Positions 51,514-64,000 of a stretch of 64,000 nt of DNA are shown piece after piece (within the stretch, counting starts at the first letter, position 1; every line of letters begins with the position of its first letter). The notes beneath the pieces were generated by a model. It was not told where the DNA came from, made no database searches, and saw nothing but the letters and a program-made list of their open reading frames with translations. The position numbers were made by a program, and so were the translations under genes. The stretch is from Octopus sinensis (taxonomy: Eukaryota): contig NC_043010.1 of NCBI RefSeq assembly GCF_006345805.1, forward strand, positions 3,968,001 to 4,032,000, written 5' to 3'.

Positions 51514-54470
51514 CTCTACTTACTGGTTTCCTTTAGCAAGTACTGTGAAATCTATGTTTCATGAAGGAAGTTAAATAATACCAACATATATCTCAAGTTT
51601 TTCCCCATACTTGCTGAAATAATTAGAATAGCATTAATCATTGAGCCAATATTGTCTGTTGTTCACTGCATTAAAAGTTTCACATCAAGCATGTTCACCC
51701 CTACATAATTGTCAGTTTTTATGCATATTGTATCACTCAACTACTGAATTCAGCCTTCTTTTTTTAGTCAGCTTGGTTCCTAATTTAAGTATAGATGTAA
51801 GAACATTTTAAAATATCTAGTCTCACAGTTGATTCAGTAGAAAATCATATCACATTTGCCACTAACCATACTTTTTACATGACAAAATATACTGATTTAA
51901 GCTTTCTCAGAATGTCGCTTTACTGCCATAATATGTTTTGTAACGTTTAATAGCCTGTTGGTGTATGTTATCTCCAGATATGTTCTTCTAACAGACACAC
52001 CCCTGACAGACACACTCTCTTTCTCAAATATAATACTTTAGAAACATTTAAAACAGAGTTTAGATGGTGTTTACACTTCTTATGCAGTATTTACATTTCT
52101 AATCCAAGTAAAGCAAATAACTTGGGGAAATTAAGATTTAGTTATAATTTAATGTAAGTATTAATTTAAATGTATAAAATGTATAAAAGAAATATTACTT
52201 ACCATTGAATATTTATTAGTCTAGCTAAGATATTTTGTGTTCAAGTGATGAGTATTTTGCTTTTCTATGGTTGCCAATGACATCAGTGTTAAGCAGGTGT
52301 AATTTGTATTGTTATATTGCTAACAAGATGCCATTCATTATATCATAGCTTTCAAATGTCTGAAAACTAGAGTCACATAGCAGCTTTGAATTGAATAATT
52401 AGTTTGTAACAAAATGAATGAAACAAATATCTAAGACATAGAAAAAGGTTTCATCAAGATCTAAATGTTTGTAAACAATTTTTATTAATTACTTTGTTGC
52501 TGTGATATTTCTGTCTACACTTCAGCAATTATTATATTTTACTAATGACAAACCAACATGGAAATCCTTGTTTCTTTTGAAATAATATGGAAGGTAATAA
52601 TTACTGTTACATTTGTAATATGTGTAAGCATGTTGATATTACAAATGAACTGCAATATTTGCACCTGTTGTTGAGAAGCAATCCTTAGGAAAGTTTAACA
52701 GGATTCCTATAAACGTTTTGGCTTGTTTTTTTTTTCATATATTTTGATTAAATTGTTTGCAAATTTGTTGTAGGAATGTTAAGCAAATATTACAATTGCA
52801 GATGATTTTAAGACCAATGTAGCAAAATAAAATAGATAGAATTGTTTATTTACAACTAAGGATTTATATACAATAAGACTTTGTGAATATAATATTTATA
52901 TCTTTATATAGCTTTTGGCCTTTGTACTCATGCCATTTTGCACTTAAACTTCACAGTACTTGTTTTAGATAAAAAAAACCAAAAAAAAAAACAATAATAA
53001 TAAAAAGATTATGGTATTGTCTTAATAGTACAAATCAATCAATTTGTAATAAACTTGAAAGAATTTTCATGGTTTGTGGTTTTTTTGCTTTTTGTTTCAT
53101 TTTATTTTTAATATTTCTTTCTTTTCTCAGTTTAAACTCAGATAAATACTGTTTGCAAAGATGAAGGGAATTACTGGAATATTTCTGTAATAATTAGCTG
53201 GCTTTGAAAATATATAGGGCATCATATTTGAAGATTTAGTAAACTATAGTGCTGTAGCTTATTAAAGACTCTATTTGTTTAAAAGACCTTTTTTTATTAT
53301 TATTAAACCAGAAAAACATCAACAACATGAAGCAAAATACAACTGTCAGTAATTACACAGAAGCTAAGTTAATGTTTTTCCTAGAAGAATTATGTAGAAA
53401 TAATTAGAACATTATATAAAATATATTCTGATTTGTGCAGTATCTTTCTGTAGCACAGCAGTCATGCTTATTTACAATAATTAGAATAATTATAGTGGGG
53501 TTTAAACATGTTTACTGTTAATTATATTGACATTTTATATTTGAAAAGAACCTATATGTAACATTGGTGTTTCTCGTTAGAAAAGACTTAATGAATGGAA
53601 TAAAGTTATTTTTATGGTTTTGGTACTTTAGGTACAGATGGCAGGGGTTTGGGGAAAGAAGAGAAACTATTTTTTATTGGTAAATTCCAAGGTTCTGGGA
53701 GATTAGCAGTTTTTATTCTTAAGGATTTAAGATCAATAACATCATTGCAGACAGTTTTTTTATCAACAATAGCTTGACTGGAATGTTTTGTAGAAATATC
53801 CTTGGGTTTGTGTGTTGTCCATGGTAAAGAACTCCTACTTTTGTGTTGCTGTTGATCCTCTTGACTGTGCTTGAAACCTCGTAAAAATAAACAAAGAAAA
53901 CAAAAATGTTCATCATGAGCTGAAATTACACAGTATGAACATTCTCTTCATTGAATTCTAATTATTGTTATGCTATATTTTTGTAACTAGTTATATTCTC
54001 CGTCTTTACATAAACATCATTATATTATATATCACATTGAATATTATTAATATCCATGGTGAAATTTTTTAAGAAATTAAACTTGTCTTAAGCATTAATT
54101 TTAGTTATGTTCCTCAATATATTAATCTATAGAAATATAAAAGGAAATATTTATTCATTTAATAGTAATTAAGAGAAATGTACTATTGATATCTATTGTT
54201 GAGAATAATATTACATCCAAAATATTGAATGCATAAAAAAAAATTTGTAAAAGCAGTGAAGAGCAAGCACTTCCTTCAGAGTTTTGTATAAGTAACAAAT
54301 TTTTGTTAATAAAACATTGAAATAGTGAAAATTATGAAAATAAGGTAAATTTTACCATTGTTTGATAAAATGAATAGTCTATTTTTCAATGAAACTATTC
54401 TCTAGTTAGTGCTCAAATAATTTTTGAAGTAATCCAAAATATATACACTCCAAGAACTATGTGTATAGTA

Positions 54471-54830
54471 GGCGCAGGAGTGGCTGTGTGGTAAGTAGCT
54501 TGCTAACCAACCACATGGTTCCGGGTTCAGTCCCACTGCGTGGCATCTTGGGCAAGTGTCTTCTACTATAGCCCCGGGCCGACCAATGCCTTGTGAGTGG
54601 ATTTGGTATATATATACATGTGTGTGTGTTTGTGTGTCTGTGTTTGTACACCTAGCATTGCTTGACAACCGATGCTGGTGTGTTTACGTCCCCGTCACTT
54701 AGCGGTTCCGCAAAAGAGACTGATAGGATAAGTACTGGGCTTACAAAGAATAAGTCCCGGGGTCGATTTGTTCGACTAAAGGCGGTGCTCCAGCATGGCC
54801 GCAGTCAAATGACTGAAACAAGTAAAAGAG
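54471..54830 (+). mobile_element. SINE family A, near full length
   Basis: A/B boxes, CORE-like motif, tail. Confidence 0.9.
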
Positions 54831-55056
54831 TATGTGTGTGTGTGTGATTCATTTCAATGTTGCAGCTTCGGATTTTATACTTGGTCTGAGAATTGATGAA
54901 TCCATGTCTTTTCAAGATTGTTTTAATCTTTCCTCAGTTAAGTTTTTCTGATAAAACCACTCATACAATCTACTTTATTAATATATAATTAATATTCTTA
55001 TGTTGTGAAAATTTAGATTGAACTTCATAAAATTGTGCATACTCTTTTTTTTTTAA

Positions 55057-55244
55057 CTCTTTTACCCTTTTACTTGTTTCAGTCATTTGACTGCAGCCAT
55101 GCTGGAGCACCGCTTTTAATCAAGCAACTCGACCCCGTAAGCCCAGTACTTATTCTATCGGTCTCTTTGCCGAACTGCTAAGTAACGGGGACATAAACAC
55201 ACCAGCATTGGTTGTCAAGCGATGTTGGGAGGGGACAAACACAG

Positions 55245-55277
<33 letters not shown>

Positions 55278-55448
55278 CATATATACGACGGGCTTCTTTC
55301 AGTTTCCGTCAACCAAATCCACTCACAAGGCTTTGGTCAGCCCGAGGCTATAGTAGAAGACACTTGCCCAAGGTGCCACACAGTGGGACTGAACCCGGAA
55401 CCATGTGGTTGGTAAACAAGCTACTTACCACACAGCCACTCCTGCGCC
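55057..55448 (-). mobile_element. SINE family A, full length, tail-to-tail with 54471-54830
   Basis: Reverse complement of the same consensus. Confidence 0.9.
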
Positions 55449-55686
55449 TGTTCACCATTCTTGTATTTTGCTTTTTCATATTGAGAATATATTAAAATAT
55501 TCTCAATTGCAACTCTGTCTGTAACTGAGCATTTATTATAGGCCTTTATTTAGTACTTTACAGATAATTATTAACATTTCCAAGTTTGAGCTTTGTTGAC
55601 AAAAATAAAACAGTGATAATGAAAATGCAAATTGCATTCTCAAGACAGAAAAAAAATAAAATAATAATAATAATAATAATAATAAT

Positions 55687-56240
55687 CTGATGCAGTACCA
55701 GGCAGTAGCTCTCATGCCTTCTGATCTTAACTGATTGGAAGTGTTATCATGTACATTGTTTTGTCTTGGTATAAAAGATGGGCTACAGCAAATATTCTGC
55801 TCAATACCAGTGATTTGCATGTCAGTTGTTTGACCTTAACCAGTTGAGCATGTTCCTTGCTGGCTGATGATATGTGCATCTCTGATCATGAGCAGAAATA
55901 GTGGGGGAGCATCATAGCCATGTGTTGAGGGGGATTCTTTGGAGTTTGAATAATTCACCTCTGGAAATATGGGTGTTTCATTCAACATCCTTAAACAACC
56001 TTTATTCAGGGACTTTTTGAGCAGGATGGGCTACTCGACCAGAAGAAAATTCTAACAGGGCCCCACCTGCAAGGTCGTGTGCTGTTTATCTTGATATGAG
56101 ATCACCATGTCGTGCACATATGGTTGTGATGCATGTGCCTAGTGTACCCTTATCAGGCGGGTAGTCATGATGGGTATACTGGGCTTCGTATATTTTACCC
56201 CAGTGTCACTTTGATGGCATGCACTGCTCTCTCACTCAAT
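55687..56240 (+). mobile_element. Retroposon 3' end with (AAT)n tail, flanked by (AAT)n on both sides (possibly Dong/R4-related)
   Basis: About 550-bp non-coding block of higher GC ending gcactgctctctcactc(aat)n; (aat)n also immediately upstream. Confidence 0.5.
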
Positions 56241-56283
56241 AATAATAATGATGATAATAATAATAATAATATAATAATAATAA

Positions 56284-56314
<31 letters not shown>

Positions 56315-57004
56315 CGCTGCTGATAACTTTCTTTTATTTCTGTTTTACAAGTTTAAGTCATTGGCTTGGTCACTGTCTTCAAAGGTTTTAGCCATTCATA
56401 TTAACTTCAGTTCATATTTCAATTTGGTACTATTTTATCAATCTATATTTTTAGAATGGTTAAATTGTCTTTTAGACAAAGCATCAGAATTCATTGTGGC
56501 ACTCTGCCAGTTATGATGATGAGGGTTCCAGCTAGTTCGATCAACAGAACAGCCTGCTTGTGAAATTAATGTGCAAGTGGCTGAGCATTCCACAGACATG
56601 TGTACCCTTAACGTACTTCTTATGAAGATTCAGTGTGACACAGAGTGTGACAAGGCTGGCCCTTTGAAATACAGGTACAACAGAAACAGGAAGAAAGAGT
56701 GAAATTTGTGGTGAAAGAGTACAGCAGAGTTCATCACCACCACCCCACTGCCAGAGCCTCGTGGAGCTTTAGGTGTTTTTGCTCAATAAACACTCACAAC
56801 GCCCAGTCGGGGAATCGAAACTACAATCCTACGACCATGAGTCCACTGCACCTCTACATCAGAATGCATAAAGAGTGACAGAATATATAGAGAAATACTT
56901 GCATATGTTTATGTCTATGTGTGTATGTGTGTTTGTATGTGTGTGTACATATATGTACACATTCATACACACATATTTGTGTGTGTGTGTGTGTGTATAT
57001 ATAT

Positions 57005-57280
57005 CTTAGAAGAACAGAATGCAGTAAGTGGAGCAAGAACACACACGGAAACAAAAAGTGTCGCTGAAGAGGTCACATATGTGTGAAAAAAGATTTTGGG
57101 TCAATGGACAGGTGTTAAAATTGTAAAATAACAGTAATAAATGAGTGAAGAAAAAAGAAAAATAGTGCATGTGCCTAAATAAAAAGTAAAAAATAAAATG
57201 ACCATCTCAAAATACAACAATATCTGTTTCAACACACAATTTCACACCAGGAATCTTCCAAAATGAATTGATAAACGAAA
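57005..57280 (+). mobile_element. Solo copy of the same Penelope-type terminal repeat
   Basis: Aligns by eye with 3355-3628 (gaagaacagaatg.agtaagtggagcaagag...ctgaagaggtcaca...atatctgtttcaacac). Confidence 0.6.
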
Positions 57281-57311
57281 TATATTTATATATATATATA
57301 GTATGTACATA

Positions 57312-57359
<48 letters not shown>

Positions 57360-57391
57360 CAGATACATGTATATATATGAATACATATATT

Positions 57392-57427
<36 letters not shown>

Positions 57428-57438
57428 CATTGTATATT

Positions 57439-58744
57439 CAGGGTGCGATGGGTAAATGGTCACCGTTTTATATCTTTAATTTCACACATGTGCATTGTTT
57501 GTTTTTTATTTGTTGACTACACAGTATAGTAGAGTCAGTTGGGCACCATCTGTGAGGAAAATAGCATCATGATACTATTCACTCTGCCAGAAATTTGGAA
57601 ACAAAATGCTGTACTGCTTGGCATTCATGCTGGAAATTCAAATATGAACATTTCAGAGTGTTTAGGTGTGAATCTGAGGACAGCGCAGAGGATTCAGAAA
57701 TATTGGATGAGACTAATTGTAATTACGAAGGTACAGCAGCTCAGATAACTCATGCTGACCATTCTGATTAGAAAAGAACTCATGAATTTGTTGGTGGGAT
57801 CCAGGCCATGATTGGCAACAATCCGTCCAGGTCAATGAGGTCCATTGCCAGGGACATTGGAGCCTCTGAGTTTCTTATCAGGCAGGTAGTGCATGAAGAC
57901 ATTTGGTATTCATCATACAAGATGAGAAAGGGGCCAGTCTTTATCCCAAGCCATCAAGAACAAGAGGTAAGGCTGCACTTTGAAGCTTTTGAACAAACTC
58001 AAGCATCCCTTCCAACTAAACATGCTTTGGTTTTTCTTTTAGGATCAGATAAGTTTCTGTCAGGATGAGATGCTGAACACACAGAACAACCATTGGCTTG
58101 CCATGTCCCCAAAACATGTACTGAGAGTGATAAAAATCAAACAGCCTGTCAACATCATGGTGTTTGGAGTGATCACTAGTGATAGCGATGTTATGCCTCC
58201 ATTCATCTTCTCCTGTAGCCTCACACTCAACATGGAGGCCTACATCAAGTGCTTGGAGGAGGTAATGCTGCTCTGAGTAAAGAGGGTGGCTACTGGAAGA
58301 CCCTATGTCTGGCAACAGGACTCTGCACCATGCCACACAAGCAGGACAACCCAGTCATGGATGTCAGACAATTTCTGTGGCCACATCACTCCTAACATAT
58401 GGCTCCCTAACTCCACAGACTGCAATCCCCTTGATTATTATGTGTGGGACGCAGTTGAACGAAAGACCAACAAAACTCCTTGTAACACCAAAGATGAACT
58501 GAAGCCAAGGATTATGGTAGCATTCACCAACTTAAACAAGGAGATCATACAGAAGAGTTGCATAAGATTCGAAAGTCGTCTGGTAGCCATGGTTGAAGCT
58601 AAAGGCACTTTTATTGAATAAATTTACTCTTTAGTATTTCAAGGTATTTTTATGTAATTTGGGGAAATGTATCTGTTAAAATGAGATGTCAATGTTATTT
58701 TTATAATTGCATATTTTAGATGGCAATATATTCACCAAACCCTA
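57439..58744 (+). mobile_element. Defective maT-type (DD37D) transposon
   Basis: HTH SMRSIARDIGASEFLIRQVVHEDI; MVFGVITSD; QQDSAPCH...WLPNSTDCNPLDYY with 37 residues between the last two Asp; ends cagggtgcgatggg / ttcaccaaaccctA-TA; internal stops and frameshifts. Confidence 0.85.
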
Positions 58745-58987
58745 TAACTCTCAACTCCATTGGTCACAAACGACCATGTTTGCACCTAAGAGCTTCCCCT
58801 CTGGAGTACAAGTCTGGGCAGAAAGTCACCTCACCAGCGAATGCACAGCCTCAGGTTGTTTTTATGGAAGACCAGCTGTCGCCCATGCATACCAGCCTCC
58901 CATCTCCACACCACTGATGCTATCCAAAGGAAAAGCAAGGGCTGATACAGCTTGGCACCACTGACATCGCAACATGAAATAAAGTGT

Positions 58988-60085
58988 ATCATCATTATCA
59001 TCATCATCATTTAACATCCATTCTCCATGCTGGCATGGGTTGGACAGTTTGACTGGGCTGGCACGCTGGAAGGCTGCACCCGACTCCAGTTTGATTTGGT
59101 ATGGTTTACTACGGATGGATGCCCTTCCTAATGCCAACCACTTAGAGAATGTAATGGGTGCTTTTACATGTCACCGACACAGGTGCCATTTGTATGACAC
59201 TGGAGTGTGTTTATGTGCCCCTGGTATGGGTGCCAATTTGTGTGACACCAGTATTTGTCGAGACTGCAATTTTGCTCAACTTGATGGGTCTTCTTCTCAA
59301 GCACTGCATAATACCAAAGGTCTTGGTCTTTGCCCAACACTCGAAAAGAACTCAGCTACTTTACCTCCATGAGGCCCAATGCTCAAAAGAAACTCAGCCA
59401 TGTCACCTATGTGGGGTCCAACATTCGAATGGAACTCAGCCACTTTGCCTCTCTCAGGCCCAACACTTGAGAGGAACTCAGCCATTTTGCCTCCATGAAG
59501 CCTATCACTCGAAAGGAACTCAGCCACTTTACCTCCATGAGGGTCAACATTCAAAAGATATTCTTTACGTGCCACCAGCATGGGTGAACTTGGCTTGAAG
59601 GGTCCTCTCTAGCACAGCAAATCACCAGAGGTTTCGATCACCAGTCATTGCTTCTGTGAGGCTCAAATTTCGAAAATCTTGCTTCACCACCTTGTCCCAC
59701 ATCTTCCTGAGTCTACCTCTTCCATAGGTTCCCTCCACAGTTAGAGATCGGCATTTCTTTACACAGATGTCCTCATCCATATGCATCACATAATCATACA
59801 GTGTAGTCGTCTCTCTCTTGCACACCACATCTGATTTGTCTTATGCTTAACCTTTCTCTCAAGATGCTTACACTCTGTTGAACATGCACACTGACAGTGT
59901 ACATCCAGTGAAGCATACTGGCTTCATTTCTCTGAAGCCTACACATGTCCTCAGCTGCCATAGCCCATGTTTCACTGCTGTGTAGCATAGCTGTTCACAC
60001 ACAGGCATCATACAATCTGCCTTACCCTCTGAGACAGAGGCCCTTTGTTGCCAGCAGGGGTAGGAGATCTCTGATCTTTGCTCAG
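58988..60085 (-). mobile_element. Decayed RTE-clade LINE (RT C-terminal region plus 3' UTR and (TGA)n tail)
   Basis: LYDACV..AMLHSSETW...EASMLHWM...VKKCRSLTVEGTYGRGRLRKMWDKVVKQDF...DRNLW; the 3' UTR carries the gttggcattaggaagggcatcc motif and ends gatgttaaa(tga)n. Confidence 0.85.
59333..59560. repeat. 42-bp minisatellite (about 5.3 diverged copies) inside the RTE 3' UTR
   Basis: Unit about cccaacactcgaaaggaactcagccactttacctccatgagg at 59333, 59375, 59417, 59459, 59501, 59543. Confidence 0.85.
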
Positions 60086-60142
60086 CCTATGTATTGTGTG
60101 AATGTGTGTGTGTGTGTGTATGTGTGAGTGTGTGTATGTGTG

Positions 60143-60189
<47 letters not shown>

Positions 60190-60191
<2 letters not shown>

Positions 60192-60435
60192 TGTATTTAG
60201 GAATGGTCATTTTGCCAGTTTAGCCAATAAAAACACACACACTATATATTTAGTGTTAATTTGCTTCAGCGTTATTTATTTTTTACATTAATCTTAGTCT
60301 TATTTCGGCCAAAGTTCTTTCGTCACACTTCTGTGACCTCATCAGTGGTCCTTTGCTTTCTTCTTTCTTATTTGTGTGTCTCTCCTTACTAACAGTCAGC
60401 CATTTTGTATTTTGTATACAACACATGGCCTATAA
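60190..60435 (-). mobile_element. Penelope-type terminal repeat carrying the best-preserved hammerhead motif
   Basis: Reverse complement shares the 3' part (tggctaaactggcaaaatgaccattcc) with 41720-41770 and the core with 3414-3450. Confidence 0.6.
60307..60351 (-). ncRNA. Minimal type I hammerhead ribozyme-like motif
   Basis: Minus strand reads GGACCA-CUGAUGA-G-GUCACA(GAAG)UGUGAC-GAAA-GAACU-U/UGGCC: conserved core, 6-bp stem II, vestigial stem III and pairable stem I. Confidence 0.55.
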
Positions 60436-60439
60436 TATC

Positions 60440-60660
60440 GGCAACAGTTAGGGAGTTGTGCACTCATGTTCACAAGGTTATGGTTTTGATTCCCAGACTG
60501 TCAGTGCCCTGTGTTCACTTCATTTCATTTCATGTTGGTCGAGTTCACTCAGCTGTAAATGTGTAACCCTGTGATGGACTGACATTCCTTCAGTGAGGAC
60601 ATTAGACCTAGTCAGCTGATAGCGTCATTTGAAAGTTAAAACAATGCGAAATACATAGTG
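60440..60660 (+). mobile_element. Old SINE remnant with V-domain-like motif
   Basis: ggttttgattcccagac (B-box-like) then gttcactcagctgtaaatg..aaccctgtgatggactg. Confidence 0.4.
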
Positions 60661-60713
60661 ATCTGTGGTGTACAATAATGCTTTATAATATGGTTGATAC
60701 TGTGACTATTATA

Positions 60714-60937
60714 TTCATCATCATGATCATCCTCATCATCATTTAGCGTCCGCTTTCCATGCTAGCATGGGTTGGACGGTTCAACTGGGGTCTGTGAAGC
60801 CAGAAGGCTGCATCAGGCCCAGTTTGATCTGGCAGTGTTTCTACGGCTGGATGCCCTTCCTAACGCCAACCACTCCGTGAGTGTAGTGGGGGGTGCTTTT
60901 TATGTGCCACCCACACAGGTGCCAGACGGAGCTGGCA
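60714..60937 (-). mobile_element. RTE 3'-end fragment
   Basis: Near-identical reverse complement of 48930-49161. Confidence 0.8.
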
Positions 60938-61836
60938 ATATTCATATATATATATATATATGCATCAATATGTATGAATGTATGTATAGATGAATGGATG
61001 TGTCAAGGTGGGGTGGGATTAGGTATTTGGGTTTCTGTGTAGTTTGTCGATCAAATTCCACTCACAAGGCATTGCCCATTCCATGACTTTAGTCAAAGGC
61101 ACTTACTCAAGGTTCTCTACATCTTAAATTCAACATACTTATGGAAGGAAAGACTCATTATTCCACCATTGCCAGGTATGAATATGAAACTAGCAGAAAA
61201 TTTGTCAGAGGGCTTGAAGTTCATATGGACTGAGTGTAAAATTATTTTTATTGATTTTGTATTGGATTTGGTCTCACAAGAGACATCAAAATGATATAGA
61301 AACATAATATGGAATCTCCTCTCTAAGACAGTGAAACAATCCAAAATTTGAGTTCATCAATTATTGTATACCCCTCGTTTGTTTGATGATTTGAAAAAAT
61401 ATCAGGAGGAGTGGACAAGGTTGTGGAATATGTTAGCAAAACTTGATACTAACACAAATAAGAATAAGTTAAAGAATCCCCAAAGATTATAAGTGGTATG
61501 ACTGACTTAGGGATTCTTGGAAATTACTAATAGAGTGAAATGGGATAATTATACTCTGAACCTTGTCAAATTACATTCTTAAAAGCTGAGAGAAATATCA
61601 TTTGAAATTTTGTTGTAAAGTTATATGTATTGTCTTTCACTTCTTTCAGTGATTGGACTGTGGATGCGCTGGTGCACCGTGTTTTAGAGTTTAGTCAAAC
61701 AAATCAACCCCAGTACTTATTTTTGAAGTCTGGTACACATTTTACCAATCGATTTTGTTGAATCATTAATAATGGAAATTTAAACAAGCTAATACCAGTT
61801 ATCAAGTGGCAGTGATGGACAACACAGGCACCTCAC

Positions 61837-61889
61837 GTATGTATGTATGTATATATATACATACATACATACATACATACATACATACA

Positions 61890-61921
<32 letters not shown>

Positions 61922-62002
61922 CATACATACATACATACACACACACACATACATACATACAACATACATACATACATACATACATATATACATATACATT
62001 TA

Positions 62003-62048
<46 letters not shown>

Positions 62049-62056
62049 GATATACA

Positions 62057-62092
<36 letters not shown>

Positions 62093-62140
62093 CATATACA
62101 TTTACATATATACACACACACACACGCACATATACTTAGA
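61837..62140. repeat. (TACA)n/(CA)n compound microsatellite
   Basis: Direct reading. Confidence 0.95.
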
Positions 62141-62541
62141 CACATGCATATGTGATAGGATTCCACACTGTATCTCTTTGTCAAATTTAGTTACAAGGTA
62201 TTGGTTGGTTCAGCCTATACTGAAAGACACAAAGACACTTGCCTAAGGTACTGTACAGCAGGACTTACATTTTAAAATTCTCAACTTCTAACAGCTAATT
62301 AGATAAAGTGTTAAATTTTAGAGTGAAAAAGTTTTTTTTTTTTTATCGTATTCCTAGTTATATTATCATAGGCAAGATACAAAAAATATATATTAGGGTT
62401 GATATAAAAAGCTACGCTTTTGGAGAAGGTGCCGCAACATGGTTATAGCCCTATTCCAGAAACCTGGAAAAGCACAAAAACGTGTATTGGTCCTCAGAAT
62501 TGTATTGAATCAGTATTGAATTCAGAAGGCAGTATTGAATT

Positions 62542-62775
62542 AAAGGTGGCGAGCTGGCAGAAACGTTAACATGCCGGGCGAAATGCTTAGCTGTATTTCG
62601 TCTGCCGTTATGTTCTGAGTTCAAATTCCGCCGAGGTCGACTTTGCCTTTCATCCTTTCGGGGTCGATAAATTAAGTACCAGTTACGCACTGGGGTCGAT
62701 GTAATCGACTTAATACCTATGTCTGTCCTTGTTTGTCCCCTCCGTGTTTAGCCCCTTGTGGGTAATAAAGAAATA
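62542..62775 (+). mobile_element. SINE family B with 11-bp target-site duplication
   Basis: agtattgaatt at 62531-62541 and 62776-62786. Confidence 0.9.
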
Positions 62776-64000
62776 AGTATTGAATTCAGAATAATAAGTA
62801 TATTTAAAAGTTAAAAGTGATCATAAGAAATTAAGAGACCTTTGCAATGGGAGTTGATATAATCTTACTTGCCAGTGGTGGTGGTGGTGGTGGTGGTGGT
62901 GGTGGCAGGGGGTGGGGGTTAGCAATCAAACCCATTGAGATAATTTACAACTCAGTTGACCCAATCGTTCACTATATGGCTTAACCACCTGACATATGTC
63001 TGCATCTATCACATAGATGCACACACTGAATTCACATGCTGGAAAGTAACAAAGCTGTACACAAACAAATTTCTCGATCTCAGATCATATTTGCAGATTT
63101 CCCACATCATGATGATACTTGTCTTTTTATGCAAGCATCGTCATAATGATCATCATTGAACATCCATGTTTGCTGAGCTCAATAGCCCAAACAGAATTTA
63201 GTGAGACAAATTTTTCTATGGCCAGATTTCCTTTTGGTTGCTAATTCTTCTCAGTTTCCAGGTGAGGTAATATCTCCCTTTGGCCAGACATGTTTTTGTA
63301 GGGTATTGGAAATGAATGGCACACATTTACAACAATCACATGATTTTAAGATAACGTGACACAAGTATATGTATACTCACACTTAAACACACACACACAC
63401 ACATACATACATAAATATCTACATACATACACACACATGCATGCATACATCATACATACATAAATACATACATACATACACACACACACAAACATACACT
63501 CACACACACATACATACATACATATATACAATAATACTCTGTTGTTGATGTTGAAATTCCAATGAAGGAATCTTGGATCTAGGTTAGAAACCAGTTCTTT
63601 CTCTATTGGCAAGAAATCTTGAAATAAACTGAATGATAACATACATATTTATATATGCATTTACGATGGGCTTGTTTTAGTTTTCCTCTACTGAATTCCC
63701 TGACAAGACTTTAGTTGGACTAGGGCTGTAGCAGAAGGTACTCGTTCAAGGTATTGTGCAGTGGGGTTGAACCCAAAAGCACATGGTTGGGAAGTAAGCT
63801 TCTTGCCCACAAAGCCATCTACTTGGTATATCATTTCAGGAGCACACTCATATTAAAATATCTACATGAAGTTGCATTCTGGAAATCATGTAAGAATGAA
63901 GCAAGCCTCATTTTGCTATGGGCATCCTACAGTAGTTTGTACTGTGAATGTAGGGTACATGAAAGAATTAATTGATAAATGAATAAATAAAATAATTCAT

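Overview
AT-rich, microsatellite-dense animal genomic DNA. The protocadherin type and SINE/LINE repertoire suggest an octopus or other coleoid cephalopod (inference). There is one recognisable host gene, a minus-strand protocadherin. One large exon (35780-33335) encodes its signal peptide, six cadherin repeats, TM helix and proximal cytoplasmic tail. That frame is broken by a single net -1 frameshift in EC3 (34792-34768), whose window contains an in-frame A_AAU_UUU heptamer. A candidate CCAAT/TATA promoter and non-coding first exon lie at about 40.6-40.8 kb, and no convincing further cytoplasmic exon was found in the 33 kb downstream. The rest is mobile DNA: three or more tRNA-derived SINE families, RTE, Penelope-like, L1/Tx1 and Dong/R4 LINE relics, mariner (DD34D) and maT (DD37D) transposons, a piggyBac-type MITE, a non-autonomous Helitron and long simple repeats. 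The most notable non-gene signals are minimal hammerhead-ribozyme motifs in Penelope-type terminal repeats, several fold-back hairpins (one starting at a predicted ribozyme cleavage site), and a six-unit nested tandem array built from an RTE 3' UTR. All alignments, folds and identities were judged by eye; no database search was run.
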